From Phallusia mammillata (Eukaryota), in assembly GCA_965637545.1 (NCBI GenBank), contig OZ281498.1, positions 2,046,001 to 2,110,000 on the forward strand: a stretch of DNA of 64,000 bases, in the 5' to 3' direction. Under the pieces are notes generated by a model. It saw only the letters and a program-made list of their open reading frames with translations, ran no database searches and had not been told where the DNA came from. Shown one piece after another: positions 21,762-36,700 of the stretch. The translations under genes and the position numbers were made by a program. How positions within the stretch are numbered: the first letter of the stretch is position 1; each line of letters opens with the position of its first letter.

Positions 21762-24700
21762 TCATCCAGCGTAACTGCCACACTCAGCAGTCATCCTCTC
21801 CGCCTGCATCTGACCGTAACGATGGTGACGGTGGTGGTGCGCCGCCTCGTGGCCGGGCGACGGCTGGTCGTCATGGGAACGATCGAACGTGACGTCATTG
21901 TCCATTTCGTCATCGTCGATGTCGTCACGTGACTCGTCGTGCTGGTTCGTGGAGTTACTGGTGTGATGGGACGGTTGCTGTGCAGGATGGTGGTGCTGGT
22001 GGTTGCTGGTGTTGTGCTGGTTCACCAGAGCCAGAATAGAATGGTTGACAGCAGCCATCTCGAGCGCCAAAGTCATCGGATCTTCCTTCTTGGGTATCAC
22101 AAGCGCTGGAGGGCACTAAAGAGCAAAAATACGACAACTTGAAACCGGGTTCTATTTCAAAACGATTTAATTAATTTGAGAACTTTTGATGCAACCCGTA
22201 TAACCAGTGGTGGGATTCAGCCGGTTCGCACCGGTTCTGTAGAATCGTCTCACGACATTTTAGGAGAGCAGCGAACCGGTTAGCATTACCGGTTACTGTC
22301 AATGTACGGTTGTAACAGAACCGGCTGACAAATATGACTTTTGTGATAGCACCGCCTGACAAAAGAATTGAATCTCACCACTGCGTACAGCCCGACTCCA
22401 ATGCATGAGACAATTCGCCAAATTCTTGAACGTTGGAAAGTCCTAACTTTACAACATTAAGATATTTCTGGTAAGACATGCTTTTAACTCTGTCAGAGAC
22501 TGGGCTCATTGAGCAATCCCCGAGAAACGCCACTTACCCTTTCGTGTGCCCCAGGAGTGTTGTCTCCACCCGAGTGACTGTCGTTAGAGTTGCACGACGG
22601 AGTGGGAGAAACAGTTGAACTTCTGCGTGGACTGTGAGATTGATGTTGGTCCATCGCTTCAATGTGCTCTAGGAATAATTAATAGCAATGTAAAGCAGTG
22701 GATCTTGACGCTTTTCGCGCTGATACCGATTGAGGATTCTTAAACTGTACTTGTATCACTTGCCTACAATGATACTTAACACCCAAACTCGTATCCCTCT
22801 GGTGGCCCCCGAGTCCACATAAATGCTGTTTAATTGTGTATTTCCATTCAATTCTTATAGCTATCGACTCATGTTAGGGGTTAAACCAGATAGTGTAGGG
22901 CGAAGTAGTTAAGGTCAGTCGTGGACGCAGGTTAGTTCAAACACTTGTATAATAAAAAGAAACAAACAAAGTGACCACAAGGTCGCATTTTATAAAGAGT
23001 TTATGAGTAAGGTACCTGCAAATATTAAGGACCACTGGGAGTGGCAACACAGAAAACATAATTACTTGTTGCTTGTTGCAAAATCCACCCATCAAAACCA
23101 ATAACTCGCGCATTTCGGGTTTATATTAACTTAATTGCACTGAACTAATTCCGTGCAAAGCCGCAGCGGTCATCCGATACACCGACGATTAAGCGTTGAC
23201 TCATCCGACATATAACTTTTACCGCCCAAGGGAAACCGCATGTGGAAATTTCGACGGCTTTTAAGGCATTGTGACGTCACAGTTTTCCTTAGTTTACGTC
23301 ACAATTTACAGTGAATGACTCGAGGCGGGGGAAAGGTTTAAGTCGATCAGGAAGAAATAAGGAAGGAATTATTGTTTGTTTGTTTGTTTACATAAATTTA
23401 AATTGTACTTGAGATTATTTTCAGAAATTTTTCGTCGTTTTCAAAGAATTTTCGTAACTTTTTTTGGCCTCAAGTTACGGATTTTTCTGGCCACTTTTTA
23501 GACGGTTTTGGAAATCGTTGACAGAAGTGAGCGGAATTTTCGAAACAAGAATGTCGAAATACATGAAATTGGTTTAATTGTCATTTTTCGTCTTCCTCAC
23601 AAAATACATGAAAAATTTCCCTTTAGATATCTTATAACGCCGTTTTAAATTACGATGTGTTTTAGTAATCTCTACAGATTATTACCCAATGTATTTAAAC
23701 AGACACACGGCACGAAAACCAGCTTTACTAACAAAAAACTGCCACTGGGGTATCTTACAACGACATATAAGCATCCTATAATTCAAACAAACCATTTGCC
23801 ATCATCATCATTGGAGCAATACTTTTGTGCACGTAACTATTGTTGTTAATTTCTTTGCTAACTTACCAATGTGTCTCCTACGCTTGTCGTCCTTTCGTCT
23901 GTTCGCGAACCAGTTGTAAACTTTCACTGTGGTGACCTTGTCCAAGTCTGATAACACGCCACCTACAAAAAAACACATCAGTATGAGAAAACGATAGGTA
24001 AACTAGTTGTATAACAGTGTGTAATAGAATACACTAGAATGATAACAGTGTTAGCCGAAACTTTGGCCCGCAGTTTGGATATCTTTGCATTTGAAATATG
24101 AATGATTACAGTTAACAATATCTGTATCAGAGTTGAGGCGTTTTTGTCGTGTTATTTCAAGGTTTAGGTTTTTAAACGTGGTATACGTTGACAGTTAGCC
24201 ACATTAAAGGCTTGGAAGGCTGGATATATTGGCCACAATATACAAAGGTTATCAATTCCTGATCTATATGAACAAAGACAAGTTCATAAAAGAGTAAATG
24301 AATGTTTAGGTTGCAATAAAAACCACATACTGTATGTCGTTTACAGTTAGAAAATATATTTGCAATAAAATATAGAAGATTGCATTCACTGTAACAAATC
24401 AGGGAAAATAAACAATTTAAAAACATTTCCGCAGGAGTTTTACGGAATAAAATCTGTCTGTTATATTGTAAAGATTAGATTGAAAACAACTTTAAATATA
24501 GAAACAAATTTCCGTATGGCGAGAATCGACATGTCAGAAACCTAAACAAACACCAGATCTGTAATGAGCTTGGTGTTGTTAAACATGCAGTAAGATTAAT
24601 GCCAAAAACGGTATATTGACAGGCAAGCATTTGTTTGCTAGAATTTTTGCTGTTACGCGCTTTTTTTCTAAATACCTTATCACAAAACGTGTAATGGCAT

Positions 24701-27700
24701 TTCAGGACTAAAAGCTGTACCATTTGTTACGGGCGGGTCACCTGGTTTATTCCGGTTTGTTACTAGGATTTTTTCTAAATCGCGTTCCATTAGTCAACCT
24801 TAAAATGTCGATTGAGTTCAAGATCTTCGTGATGATAAAGTTATCGTGATATCAGATCTCATACTGAGATGAGCAGATATCACGACATGAAAATATGAAT
24901 GCCGCATTGATGCTTGTCAAAACGTTTTGCAAGAATATCACGTCAAAACCAAATTGATTTGACTTTCAAGTCAAACAACGAGAAATTTTATGAATTGACA
25001 GGAAACTTTTATGCAGATAATAAAATGTGGGTATATTGCTAATTTAGTTTGTTAGATGTAAACCAAACATTTGTCCCTAATATGTTTATGACTTGTACCA
25101 AAAAGTATTTTGTAGATTTAAAAGTAGATTAATCTTATTTTACATCTGGTATTTTGATGTTCTAGAATATTACCGAATCCAAAGCCTCTAAATGAAACAA
25201 TCATTTCCTACTGATAACTTTCATTTCAAACAAAAACTCTTTAAATAGTTTTTGAAAGTATGTTTTCCACAAAAGTTGTCCTAAGTTTTTCCCACCAAGG
25301 AGCTAGGTGTCACAATGGTAAGGTCACGTGACAGGTCTTGCAAGTTATCAGAAGCGGTTGCGCGAAAAATTTTGGGAACGAAAAAAACGCGCGAAGTCAA
25401 CAGGTTTAACGACACCGACACATAAATTTTCTCCCATCTATAGAACACGAATTTCTAATGCCGGTTATGATTCCTGCCCGAACTCGGGAGTGAAAATTTT
25501 AAGTATTAACTCGAAAACAGAAAATCCAGAAAACGCCAGTGAAGCTGATTTGTTGCAGAGCTGAGCGATTTACGGTCGCCGATTCAAAACAGCGTCAAGA
25601 TTGCCCGCGAAACCTTTAAGTCAACACGAATCGTTATGAAATAAGCGCCATGCCTTCACGAAGTCAAACCGAGAAATTTTGCTAAACAACAAAACGATCA
25701 ATTCCGCAGAAAATGAACTGAAAACAAGTTTGGTAGACACTAAGTATTAAAAAGACATTTAAAATTCCTACACGGCATTGTATCAATCAGTTATTCGTGC
25801 ATCACAGAAGTACTATAAGTGATCAATTGTTCTCGCAACCTCACAAGCAACGGCTGCAATAGGTCAAGTTTCATGTTACTTGGATTTCTGCTTGCAAAAC
25901 ACGTTCCAAGTTGGCTAACTTTTAAGCTGGGGAAATTACTGATGTCGCAACGTGAAAACGTGCATTTAACTGGAGTGTAAATGTCATAGTGGTGCGGCCA
26001 CAGCATGCAAAAAGGCGGTGCCCGCGAACAAACGTCTCTACCAGCCGCATTTCAGGTTACGAAAACCCCAGCGTACATGCAAATCACTCATATATCGCGG
26101 CCTCGGCGTAGTGGTAGGAGTTTCCAAAGGACAGCATCTCTGGTTAGCTGGCTATCAGCATCACAGCGCGGTTTTGGCGCCAAAATGGCTCAAGGTGATT
26201 TCAAGGTCACACCGCGTGTTACCTTTGCAGACGGAAGGTGAGGGTCAAAAGCTGCCACACGAGGGCATACAAGCGCGCCAGTTTTTGCTGAGGTTCAAAT
26301 TAAATTTCAAAATGGTCTTTTTACAAATAATACTCGTTTCGTGAAAGCGTTTTTTTTAGTTTCTACAAACGGGATTGCCAAAAAAGTTCGTCTAACATAA
26401 ACTAGTTTATTTTTTAACAAATATGGTTTTCAAAATACAACGTTATCAATGATGCCAAAAGTCCTGCACAAGACATACGCGCAAAAGTACCGAAGTTATT
26501 TCTATATTTGAGTAAGTTTTCCTGATACCGAAACTTGACACAGCGGTTGCGGGTTCGAATCCCAAGAAACCTGTACAGGAGAAATACCACTGGATGGGCG
26601 TGGACTTTTTCACTCCAAAAATAATCAGACACAAATTATATGATCTCAATTTGTCTACGAGATTAAATTCGAAGTTAATGACACGATTTCAGAGGTTTCA
26701 ACTTTCCGCAAAATTGCCAACAAAAGCGATTACACACAACAAAACTCGATGTGAATACATGCTGTCCAGATTCGATCACGTTTCAAACACAAATGCGCTA
26801 CTGCTTAGGATTAAATGGTATTAACCAACAGTCCAATCTCCGCAGGGTACTTCAACTTCAAGTGTGTGGTGTCTGGCAGTCACATGACTTTCAATGTTAT
26901 GCTGGACGTCGCAACTCCAACCGCTCGATTTACAGCTGAATGTCGTCATAGTAACGAACAAATTCATGTATAAAACCCAATTTATTTGCGTCTACCTGGG
27001 TGTTAAGTGTCGTGTGTATTTTGCACACTCATCCGATAATCACTGTTTTCAATGGATGAGCTTATCTATATCTAACCGCAATTTCTCGTTTTCAGACGAT
27101 GTCTCGTTAAATTTGCCGCATTAAAATATAATTTTCATTTTAACAAATGACCACAACATGTGTGGGTGTAGAAGTGGTTTTCCAACAAGTTTGTCGTAAA
27201 TCTGATTAAATCAGGCAATTTTCCATATTTGTACACATGACCTGGAAATAACGACAATCATTTTCTATTTGGAACAAAATTATACATGGCCAATAGCTAA
27301 TTATTTGCTCTGTGACGTCACAAATATGTAACAAAATCCACTGTGACGTCACATGCAGTAAGGGAACACAAGGATTGTTATCCGAAGTTTGATCGTTGTA
27401 AGCAAAATTAAGGGATTAAATTAAATAAAGCGAAAACTGGATTTTTTTTGGATTCGACGATTAAAAATTCAAACATTTTTAATTTACCATTTTTCTATAA
27501 TCAGCATTATACAATACCAAATCTGACAGTTCCGCAATTAATTGATTTTAAAGAATTGAATCAATTAAGATATCCAATAGTTCATGTTCAAGGCTTTATT
27601 CCACATTATAAAATATTTTTTTTAAACTTTCTAATTCTTACCTGGTTTTTGACTTTGTATGATGGAATTGCACGCATGAGCGATTTCCTCCCTTTTCGAC

Positions 27701-30700
27701 TCGTCAGGGTATGAATTTGCGTTGTAATAATTCTCCAGAATCGAAAGGCATTCTTTCGGCCATGTAAACCTGCGGAGAGTTAACAACTCGAATCATAAAA
27801 ACGCCGGTTAAGAAATATTCCATCACAAAAAAAACTACAAACGCAACAGTACGAATAAATAAGGTAGTTTTGGATTGAATTTTTTACACCTAAAATACCA
27901 ATAATCACTGTTGGTACTGTGCCTGTGCATTTATAATATACGATATGGAGGCTGTATATGTTAATATGTTGCTTAGTTTAACGTCAGAAATAACTAAAAT
28001 AAAACTAAGAACAAATTGAAAAAACATTTTCGCATAAAACTTCTCGACGATTCATTTAAACTTGTAAAAAATACCAACACGTACGGAACAGGTGGAAAAT
28101 AATTGTAATTTAGCCAAGTTACACAAAAATGGCGAGATGAGCTCCCCAATTAACCCCGGTCTGTTAGACAGCTTATCTCAAGAAGCACCACAATTTTGTC
28201 CTCCACCACAGAACGAGTGATTCACTAATTGCTACGTCAGAATGACCGTTAGTGACGTCACAAAGTGGTGATTACGTAACTGATGCAAATTTCGCGGGGA
28301 AACCTTACTTGAAGGGCCGGTGCTTTATGGAAATTACGCCAAGTGGTTTCGAGTGCCAAGCATTAGTCTGTCTTGCTTAAAACTCCTAATTTCCGCTGCC
28401 TGATTTCGCCAAACGACAACTTCTAGGTTTTGACTCAGAGCAAGCCGTTACCAAGCGTGTGTTTAGCGGTTAAACTAACAACTAGTAACCGCTATGTACA
28501 ATTACCAAAAACAAACTGCTTTAGTTTCGTCTAATACTGAGCTGTAAGTTGGGCCTGGAGTTTCGAGCCGAATTCGGGCTCGTGTTTTCAAATAGTGAGG
28601 ACAGATTCGAGTATTTAGTTCCGACTTTGTCACATTTGCTTCATATTTTTACTATATTCACACGAATGAACAGAGGAAATGTATTGATTTGTTGCTTACA
28701 ACCGTACATTCTGTGTATTTAATATGTATCTATTTGCTGCAGTGGCCAATTCGGTGAACTATTTTCGAGCTTGATACGTTGTTCTCTTTCAAAGCAGATC
28801 GGGATCGGGCTTAAAATATTGGACCGGTTACAACCGTTTGCCAGAATTAAGCAAGACTTGTACTCAATAAGCCCGTGTGTATTTGTCCAAACCAAATCCC
28901 TTGCTCGTTTCATATTCTTTTGTTAAACACTGCAAAATTGTGTCTTCGTGATGTTTTATGTTTAAAAACCTCGAATGGTTGATTTTATTTCTGAGGCTTT
29001 GTTATAATTAGGGTCGAAATTTCGGGACGATATTGACAAAAATTACAGAAACTTTTTCTCCAGCAATATTATCACTTACCGAGCGCCGCGTTTAGCTTTC
29101 ATGAGAAGTGTACTCATCATATCTTGGTCCGATTCGCTACTTCGGTAAACCACCGGGTTGGAAACCCCCATACCTGGAAACATAAATAAAATTTTCATGT
29201 TTATGTGCTCTTTGACTTTTAACATTTCCTATTAAATCATGCTGACAATTTGGTCATGTGACCATCATCGGTTCTGCGATTGGTCAACATTTTGTGGGTA
29301 TTAAACCCAACAGTTATTTAGTGCACAGAAAACAAAATGATAAAACACAAAGAAATAATTGACAATGGGGAGCAAAAAATCAAAGTCAGCGTTTTCAAAC
29401 ACGAAACATTGCGCATTTTGTTCCAGTGCTCCGAAAAACAATTTTGCAAACAGTGCCCGAAAAATAATCAAACATAAGTTATTCAATAGAATAGTCGATA
29501 ATCAAATTAATTGCCTGGATAACTTAATATTAGTCCAAAGTGTACTAATAGCATGAATATGTACTTTGTGTGTGTGCTCTTTCTTCCGGCGCCAGAAACT
29601 ATCCGGTAGGGTTTCTTTCGGTGGTTTCTTTTCCTGTTGAACCCCACCCTCTTTCCCTAACACGGGTGGTTAGTTTATAGGGCCCCCTCGACTGGTTCCA
29701 CCAACGTCCCACCCCCAGTCGGGTTCGCCCACAATGCGCCAACCTCACTTCCTTGTGAGCCCCGGTCACTTAACGTATGTAGCAGCGCGTTTTGCAATCA
29801 TCCACCAATTGTGCTCTCCACTGTTTTGCGTCCAATAACGTCTTAACGTTGCGCAGCTATTTCCGGCTTGGTGATTGTTTTAGTGCTATTGTGTCGCTGT
29901 GTTGTCTTTCACCAAGCGAACTAAACTCAACTCATATCATCTTTTTGTATTTAATCGTTCAAAGTCTCAGTTCAGTGATTTTTCAAGTTTTCGACGTCGG
30001 TTAAGTTAATAAGCACCATGGGGCAGAACTAAGAGTGGTTTGATTTGCCCAATGTCTCACAGACTGTAATCAAGTTAATTGCAGGTTTCGGTCGATGAGA
30101 CAGACGACCTAATCCTACACAACACTTGTGAAATCCCGATCACTTAACAATGTATCCGCAAGTGTTACGTCAATGTCTAGAGCTGTGATGCAACCACATA
30201 GAATGATCAACTAACGGTCAAGTCGACAAATAAAAACAAACCTAACAAACCGGATTTTTATGAATTTAACACCCGTGTGTTATGAAGCAAGCATAAAAAG
30301 TACGGCAAAACCTTTTCTCTGCACATTCTGGTAAAACTACAAGTTGTTTTTCAGAAAAAGTTTCCTACAGATAACAGTATGGAAATTTCCTGTTTTTTGT
30401 GGTTTGGTTGATACGGGAAAAATTTTCGTGCAATTTTTTACTTGAAAACTTCACTTATGAATGTAAATATTGTGGCTGGCACAAAAATCACCGCGTGACG
30501 TTAAATTTGCATTTTGTGGCATTAAGTTACTTGGTATTAATTGTTTTTTGAACTTTGCATCGGCCAATATTTACAAATTCGGCAAGTCTTTGAATTGTTT
30601 TCAACGTCCGTCACTTTTTTAGTTCCAAAAATATAAAACTGCCCGGAATAAATTTAAGTGTTAGAGCAAAAACAAAATGCTCTATACAAAAATGATTGAG

Positions 30701-33700
30701 TTCAGCTTTTTCAACCCTTCTAGGCAGTGTTTTTTTTAAGGTGTTTTTGGGGACCGAAACGGTCCCCCAAATTTCTCCAGCGGTTTCCCAAAATGGCTAT
30801 TTAAGCAAATATGGCTATTTTTTGGTATTTAAATGAAACGCTTGCGGTCTCTTAAAACTACTTAGCGGTCACCCAAACCAAACCTTAAAACAAAACCTGC
30901 TTGTAGGTATTGAAGTATTTTGCCTTAGCCTAATTATTTGCGGAATCAATGAAATGTCATGAACGTAATGAAAACAATATGGACGTAAAAATATGATTGT
31001 CAGTTATCTGGTGATTTGACTCATTTCAGCCCGCAGATTCGGGGTTGAACGACAATACATTAAAACTAGCGAACAAAATCGACAATTTGAAGACGTCTGG
31101 TTAAGTAGAACATAATCCAAAAAAGTTTGTGTGCTAAACTTCGACTTATGTCACAACAACAATTGAATTATAGCACGAAAAACAATTTGAAGTTGACGAA
31201 TTCCCTCTAATTAGGCTCGTTATTATTCCGCTATGTCACGCAAACAAAAGCTGTGTTGATGCCATATAAGGCATTGCTAGCATTCAAATCATGACCATAA
31301 TTAATCAAATTGGAGAGATTTGCGCGGGCGACAAACTCTTCGAAAGCATTCTGGAATTTCCCAAGTCATTATTTCTGGATCTTATGGAAAACACACGTAC
31401 TCAAGCGGAAGGTGGCAATTAAGCGTTGCGACAACGATCGGTGGTTGTCAACCGTTGTGAGAAATATGTTGTATTAAGTCGCCAAGTCGGTCGTTTTCAT
31501 AATTACAAAAAATCCCGGTTTCGGCTCAAATGTGGATTTTCGCACAATTTGTAAATGCTGTAATGTGCCACAGCCTAACGACAAATACATATCGAAAACA
31601 ACGGACATGTGACGAGATACAAACTGCCAGAAAGTTGTATATAACAAAAACATTACATTGCAGACGTTTCGCACTGCTAACAGTTTGCTGAAATGTCTAC
31701 AACAAAATCTATTCACTACATGGACTCTCGGACCGCTTCAAGTTTGGTCAATTTAAAGTTCAACAACGGCATACTTTTTCTGGTTTGAAAAACTCTATCA
31801 AAACGTCTGTGGCATGTTCAGTGCTGCAAGGCTTTTCTTATTTTGCAACGTAAACAAAACAAGTTTGTTTGTTGTTTAGTGCATAAGCTGGCTTTTAAAA
31901 TTAAAGATGAAGGATACAGGTGAAAAAAATCAGTAAACGTGTTAATTCTATTTTTAAGTAGATGTTGGCCAGTCACTACAACATCTGTCTGTATCACAAT
32001 ATCAGAAAATTAACGAAGTCAAAAGGACATTGATGTTATTTGGCGCCAGAGGTGACCCCGAGCGTAACAGTTTGCGACAAATACATAAAACCAAAATAGA
32101 AGAAACATGTCGCCATCTGGCAAGGTGCAATTACTATCAGCGCCATAAGCCGATTTCTGGTGAAGCTAGAACTAAAATAAAGGTCAAATAGAGGTCATTT
32201 CCCAGGTACAAACCACAGTTGTTGGACAAGAAGCTGTCAACACATCAAGGTTGAAATACCGGTAAAGGGTTAACACGGCGAAAGGCATTGGTTTGCCGAC
32301 CGCATCTTGCTTAGCGGTTGCGACACAAGTGGTTTTTGTTCCATCGCTTCGTGGTCGTGACCTTATGTTGCTTGAGGTAACGGTCTTGTTATGAGACCTT
32401 GTAAGGCTAGGTAACCATTACACCCTTGGGCAATAAACACTACTGTCTGATAAAACACATGTAACAGGTTTTAGATGCAAACAGTCAAATTGCTGATAAA
32501 TTGGTTGAAACACCTGCAAGGGTTTATTCAGTAGTAGTTCGTATACGTCCGTAAGTAATTATTTTTTATCACATTACCTTTGGAATTTGGTGCAAAAAAT
32601 GTCAACTGTTATTGACTAATTTGAAATGGGCATAATGATTGCTAAAACCTCATATTTAACTCATATACACTTTTGCTTCTTATTAATCGCCATTTCCACA
32701 AAAAGTCGAACAAGAAGACATATTGATTGTGAATTTGGTTACAAATTTAAACTGTGTATAAATAACACAGAAGCTTAGGCCGTAAATTGTATGTTAGCGA
32801 GAACTCCGGTTTGATATCTTGGCTCGCACTTTTAGTAACTCGCGTTAAAGTTTAACCGCAGCATTAGAGCTTGTCAAAAGACCACATTTTACTCTAAACG
32901 CAGTATTTACGGCAACAACCCAAAGCCAAAACCGCGAATCTCAATGCATTGCCGACAGCGAGTTAGCTTTTCGAGACGAAGTCCCATGCACGAAACCGCA
33001 GTGATTGGCCTTGGACGTCAATCAACCTTGAACTTGGCGTGAACCCGATAAAAGTAAAGGAGACGTGTGGAAGCGCCTCAATACCGAACACTCAAATCGA
33101 TTCTTAAACTTTTTTTGTTCTTATCGACACCCCTTTGTTCACCAACCAATTCTTGTAACCCCTGTGGCAGCTAGCGCAAAGTAACTAATAATCAAAACAC
33201 TAATGGTTCAGCATTTTCGCACCCTCTCCAAACAGGTCTCAAACATTCAAGTACCACTGCTAAGAAATAAGAAACAGTGAAACAAAATGAGGGATATATC
33301 TTTTGGTTTCTCTCTTTGAAAGCAGAGATTCATTTTTGATCCGGGTGCAATAAAATCGCAAAATTGTTCTTTCATTGTAAAAAACAGAAAGGCATTTGTT
33401 TGAGCAGAAATGATTGAAACTGTTTGGGAGGAAAATTAACCGTTTAAGTGAACTTTTAATTTGCGATTTGTATTGCAGTACGTCAGGTTTATTAGATGAG
33501 TTATCCTGAATGAAGAAGGCTTCCGGGTCAATGTCAGTACAAAATGCTTTCGTAAATGTTGCAACGTTTGAAGGTAATTTAGTTGTTTAATTCGGAAACT
33601 GTGGGATTCAAACCACAAAACCAATTTTAAAACGTCAAATTTTGAAGAAAACTTAATGATCATATTATTATGAAAATACAGTACTTAAACAGGTCTTTTT

Positions 33701-36700
33701 CACAAGAAAGATAAAACTGAACAAACGCCCCAATTGTTTTCAACCAGCATTAGCCAATCAACATTAATCGCATGTTTTGGTGAAGTGGTTATCTAAATAC
33801 ACAGATATTTGAGTTCTATTTATCGAAAAATTCATGTTAAATTCGTCTCGTGGATCGATTTAAACATGGCGGGTTGACAAACAAGCTGATTCAGTGCATC
33901 AGACTTTGAATGAGTCACACACATAAGGTGTAGTTACCTGTTTTGTGGTTTATCTCATTACTAAGTCAGTTGGGAAAACCCGATGTGGCCAATTGTGGCT
34001 TAACCCAAAATAAGATCAGGTCAAAAATTCAATACGCCGTTTTGTTCACTTATGATGGCATGAGCATTTGCCGAAACGTTTGAACAACAAAGCATGTCGC
34101 TTTTTACGTCTGTTTGGTCGTTATTTTGATCGCTAAGCTTATGAGCAAATCCGTATGTGGTGTTTCAAACCAATATGTTTCTTGTCGTAAATATTATTTC
34201 ATCTATCTGAATTTTTTCATATTATAAACTATTAGTATATACACTCTAACTTTTTGCAATCACTAGTTGTTTTAAAATACGAATTATTGACATTTTAAAC
34301 TAAACCGATTTTCCTGAAAATTATAATTTTCATTTCACCCAAAACGTTTACCATTTAACTTTCAAACAACACTTTAACTTAAAGGGCAGTTACCTTTACA
34401 AAATACATTTTGTATTCAAAATGAAAAAAGATAGAAAATCTATCATACATATTTCTCATAGTGAAACAAACGGCCGCTCTGGCATTGTTACTTATTCTAA
34501 TTCGGAATCATGAGAGTATGACGTCACAGTGTGGTTTAAATCAAAACCAATGCGATTTCTATTTATATTTACACGAGTCCAGACGGCGCCTGTTGTCATG
34601 CGAATGTGGCACATTGGGAAGACGCTACAAATTTTGTCACCACAAAAAGTGACAGTAATAGTAGACCCGAAATGTTTCATCACAAAATGAACTTTTGACT
34701 TGAAATGTTCAGACTTGATTTAGAAACAGACTTGATCAGTCAGATACAAGTCACTCTATGCATCCAACTTCAGACACCGACAAATTGAAAAAAAAACAGT
34801 GTCTGGTTCAAACTTAGATAAGCCAACCTATCGTAAAGACATTTTTTCTATTTGAATAAGTCAACGAATCGTGAAAAAAATTCAATTTATATAAATTAAC
34901 AATTCGTTGAGCCAGAATATTTTAATATGAATAAGTCAACCATTGATGGCTTCAAAAAACTTCCAACTTTGAACACTAGTCCAGTGGTTCTTATCCTTTC
35001 GTGGACCGTGGCCCCCTAAAAGGAACTTTTGGACCTCGTGACCCCCTTCAAGTAACCCTGTAAGACCTGTGGCCCTCTTAAAAAATGTAAGTGACAATCT
35101 CGTGTTGGAATTCGGTACAATTTTTTTTAGAACAAACAAGAATCCGTAATCGTAAAAACCTCAATATAGACAAATAGTATGTGAAATAGTCGATTAAATT
35201 AGGGAATAAAGTTAAAAACGAAATGGATTTTAGTGGGTGTTTCTGGTGAATCTACACCCGTGTCCCTCCCCCCCCCCCCCCCGGAACACAGCTTGTGGCC
35301 CCCCTGGGGGGGCCTGGGCCCTGGTTGAGAACCAATGCACTGGAAAAAACACTGTTTGGTTCAAACTCTGTGTGTTACAAGTGTTGTAGACACCCATTCG
35401 TGTAGACTCGGTAGAAATTTGTTTTTATTTAAATAAGTCAACCATTCCTGGAGACAAAATATTTCTATTTGAATAAGTTAACTAACTGTTAACATCAAAA
35501 TACAACATACTTGTCGATTGGACATTAAACACTGCAAATGAAACCGGAAAAATCCGGAACTAACGAACATAAGGTGAAGGTGGATTAAAAATGCATAGTG
35601 CGTCGATGGGAGCCGGGGTATGGAATGACAAACAAACGACAAAACGCGGTTAAGAATCACGCGGCGATCGACAGCGCGACTGACAGGAACACTAAACTTA
35701 ACACAGCCTGAATCGTCGGCTATCAGCTCCGTCAAATTACAGAATTTACTGGGTTTAATTACAAGCGATTCAGAGGTGTAATGTGTAAACATTCGTGGGG
35801 GTGCCACAGGGGTCAAATTCGGCCCCTTAATCGGACTGCAAGTGGCAGAGCAACGAATACAAGCTGACCCGATGATTTATGCATCGCCTATCACTTATTA
35901 ATGCAAGTAGAGTAAACACATCCGGAAGATATCGTCGCGTGAATATTAAGTCACCGGGGCGAAGGCTAAACAGACAAGGTTGTTGATTTTACTACTATAG
36001 AGATTATGGCGGGTACTCATTGTTCTTTAGGTTGTAACGTCACAGCAGTGCCCATATACGTAACTAAAGCATCAGAGTTAAAGTAGAATTGGTAAAGTTA
36101 GATAACGTTGTTATTCAATAATTACAATTCTTCGAAACCGGTTTTGTTTATTTGCATTTGAAGATGTTTAATTCAAAATCTCAATGTTTTTTAATTTTCG
36201 ATTTTCCGCACTAAAACAGTTTTCTTTAAACAGGAAGCTCATAAATAAACAATACAAGCTAAGTAGTAAATGAGATATTTTCATTACATTTATATCGTGT
36301 TGCACTTTTAATATATAAAACCCATCACAATAATTCAATTTTCTGTAGTTGAAAAGTTCAATTGCATGTTTAACGAAATGAGACAATAGGAAATGAACTT
36401 GATGCAACTGATGATTCCATTATGGATTGAAATACTTTAACACAAACACCCTCCCACGGAAACTCCTATTTCCGTATTTTACCTGCTGTAAATTTGCGGG
36501 TTTCATCAAAATACCACTTAATAAACCCCAATCAGCAAATCTAATGTTTTAAATCAACAAGTCAATTGGAAGCGTTTTAACTGATATTCGCTTTGGCAAT
36601 TCGCAAACTTAGGCGAAGAAATTACAACACGATATGTTGAACCATTTATAGCAGGTGTTCCCAACCTGTGGTACGCGTACCACTAGTGGTACGTCAGGGC

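Noticed and set aside
26100-26562. tRNA or snRNA gene (octamer, A-box-like GGCGTAGTGG, later B-box)
   Set aside because: The boxes are about 450 bp apart and no cloverleaf or snRNA sequence can be formed.
31910-31917. U12-type donor GTATCCTT on the HMBOX1 sense strand
   Set aside because: One 8-mer is expected by chance in 64 kb, and there is no upstream exon or U12 branch site.
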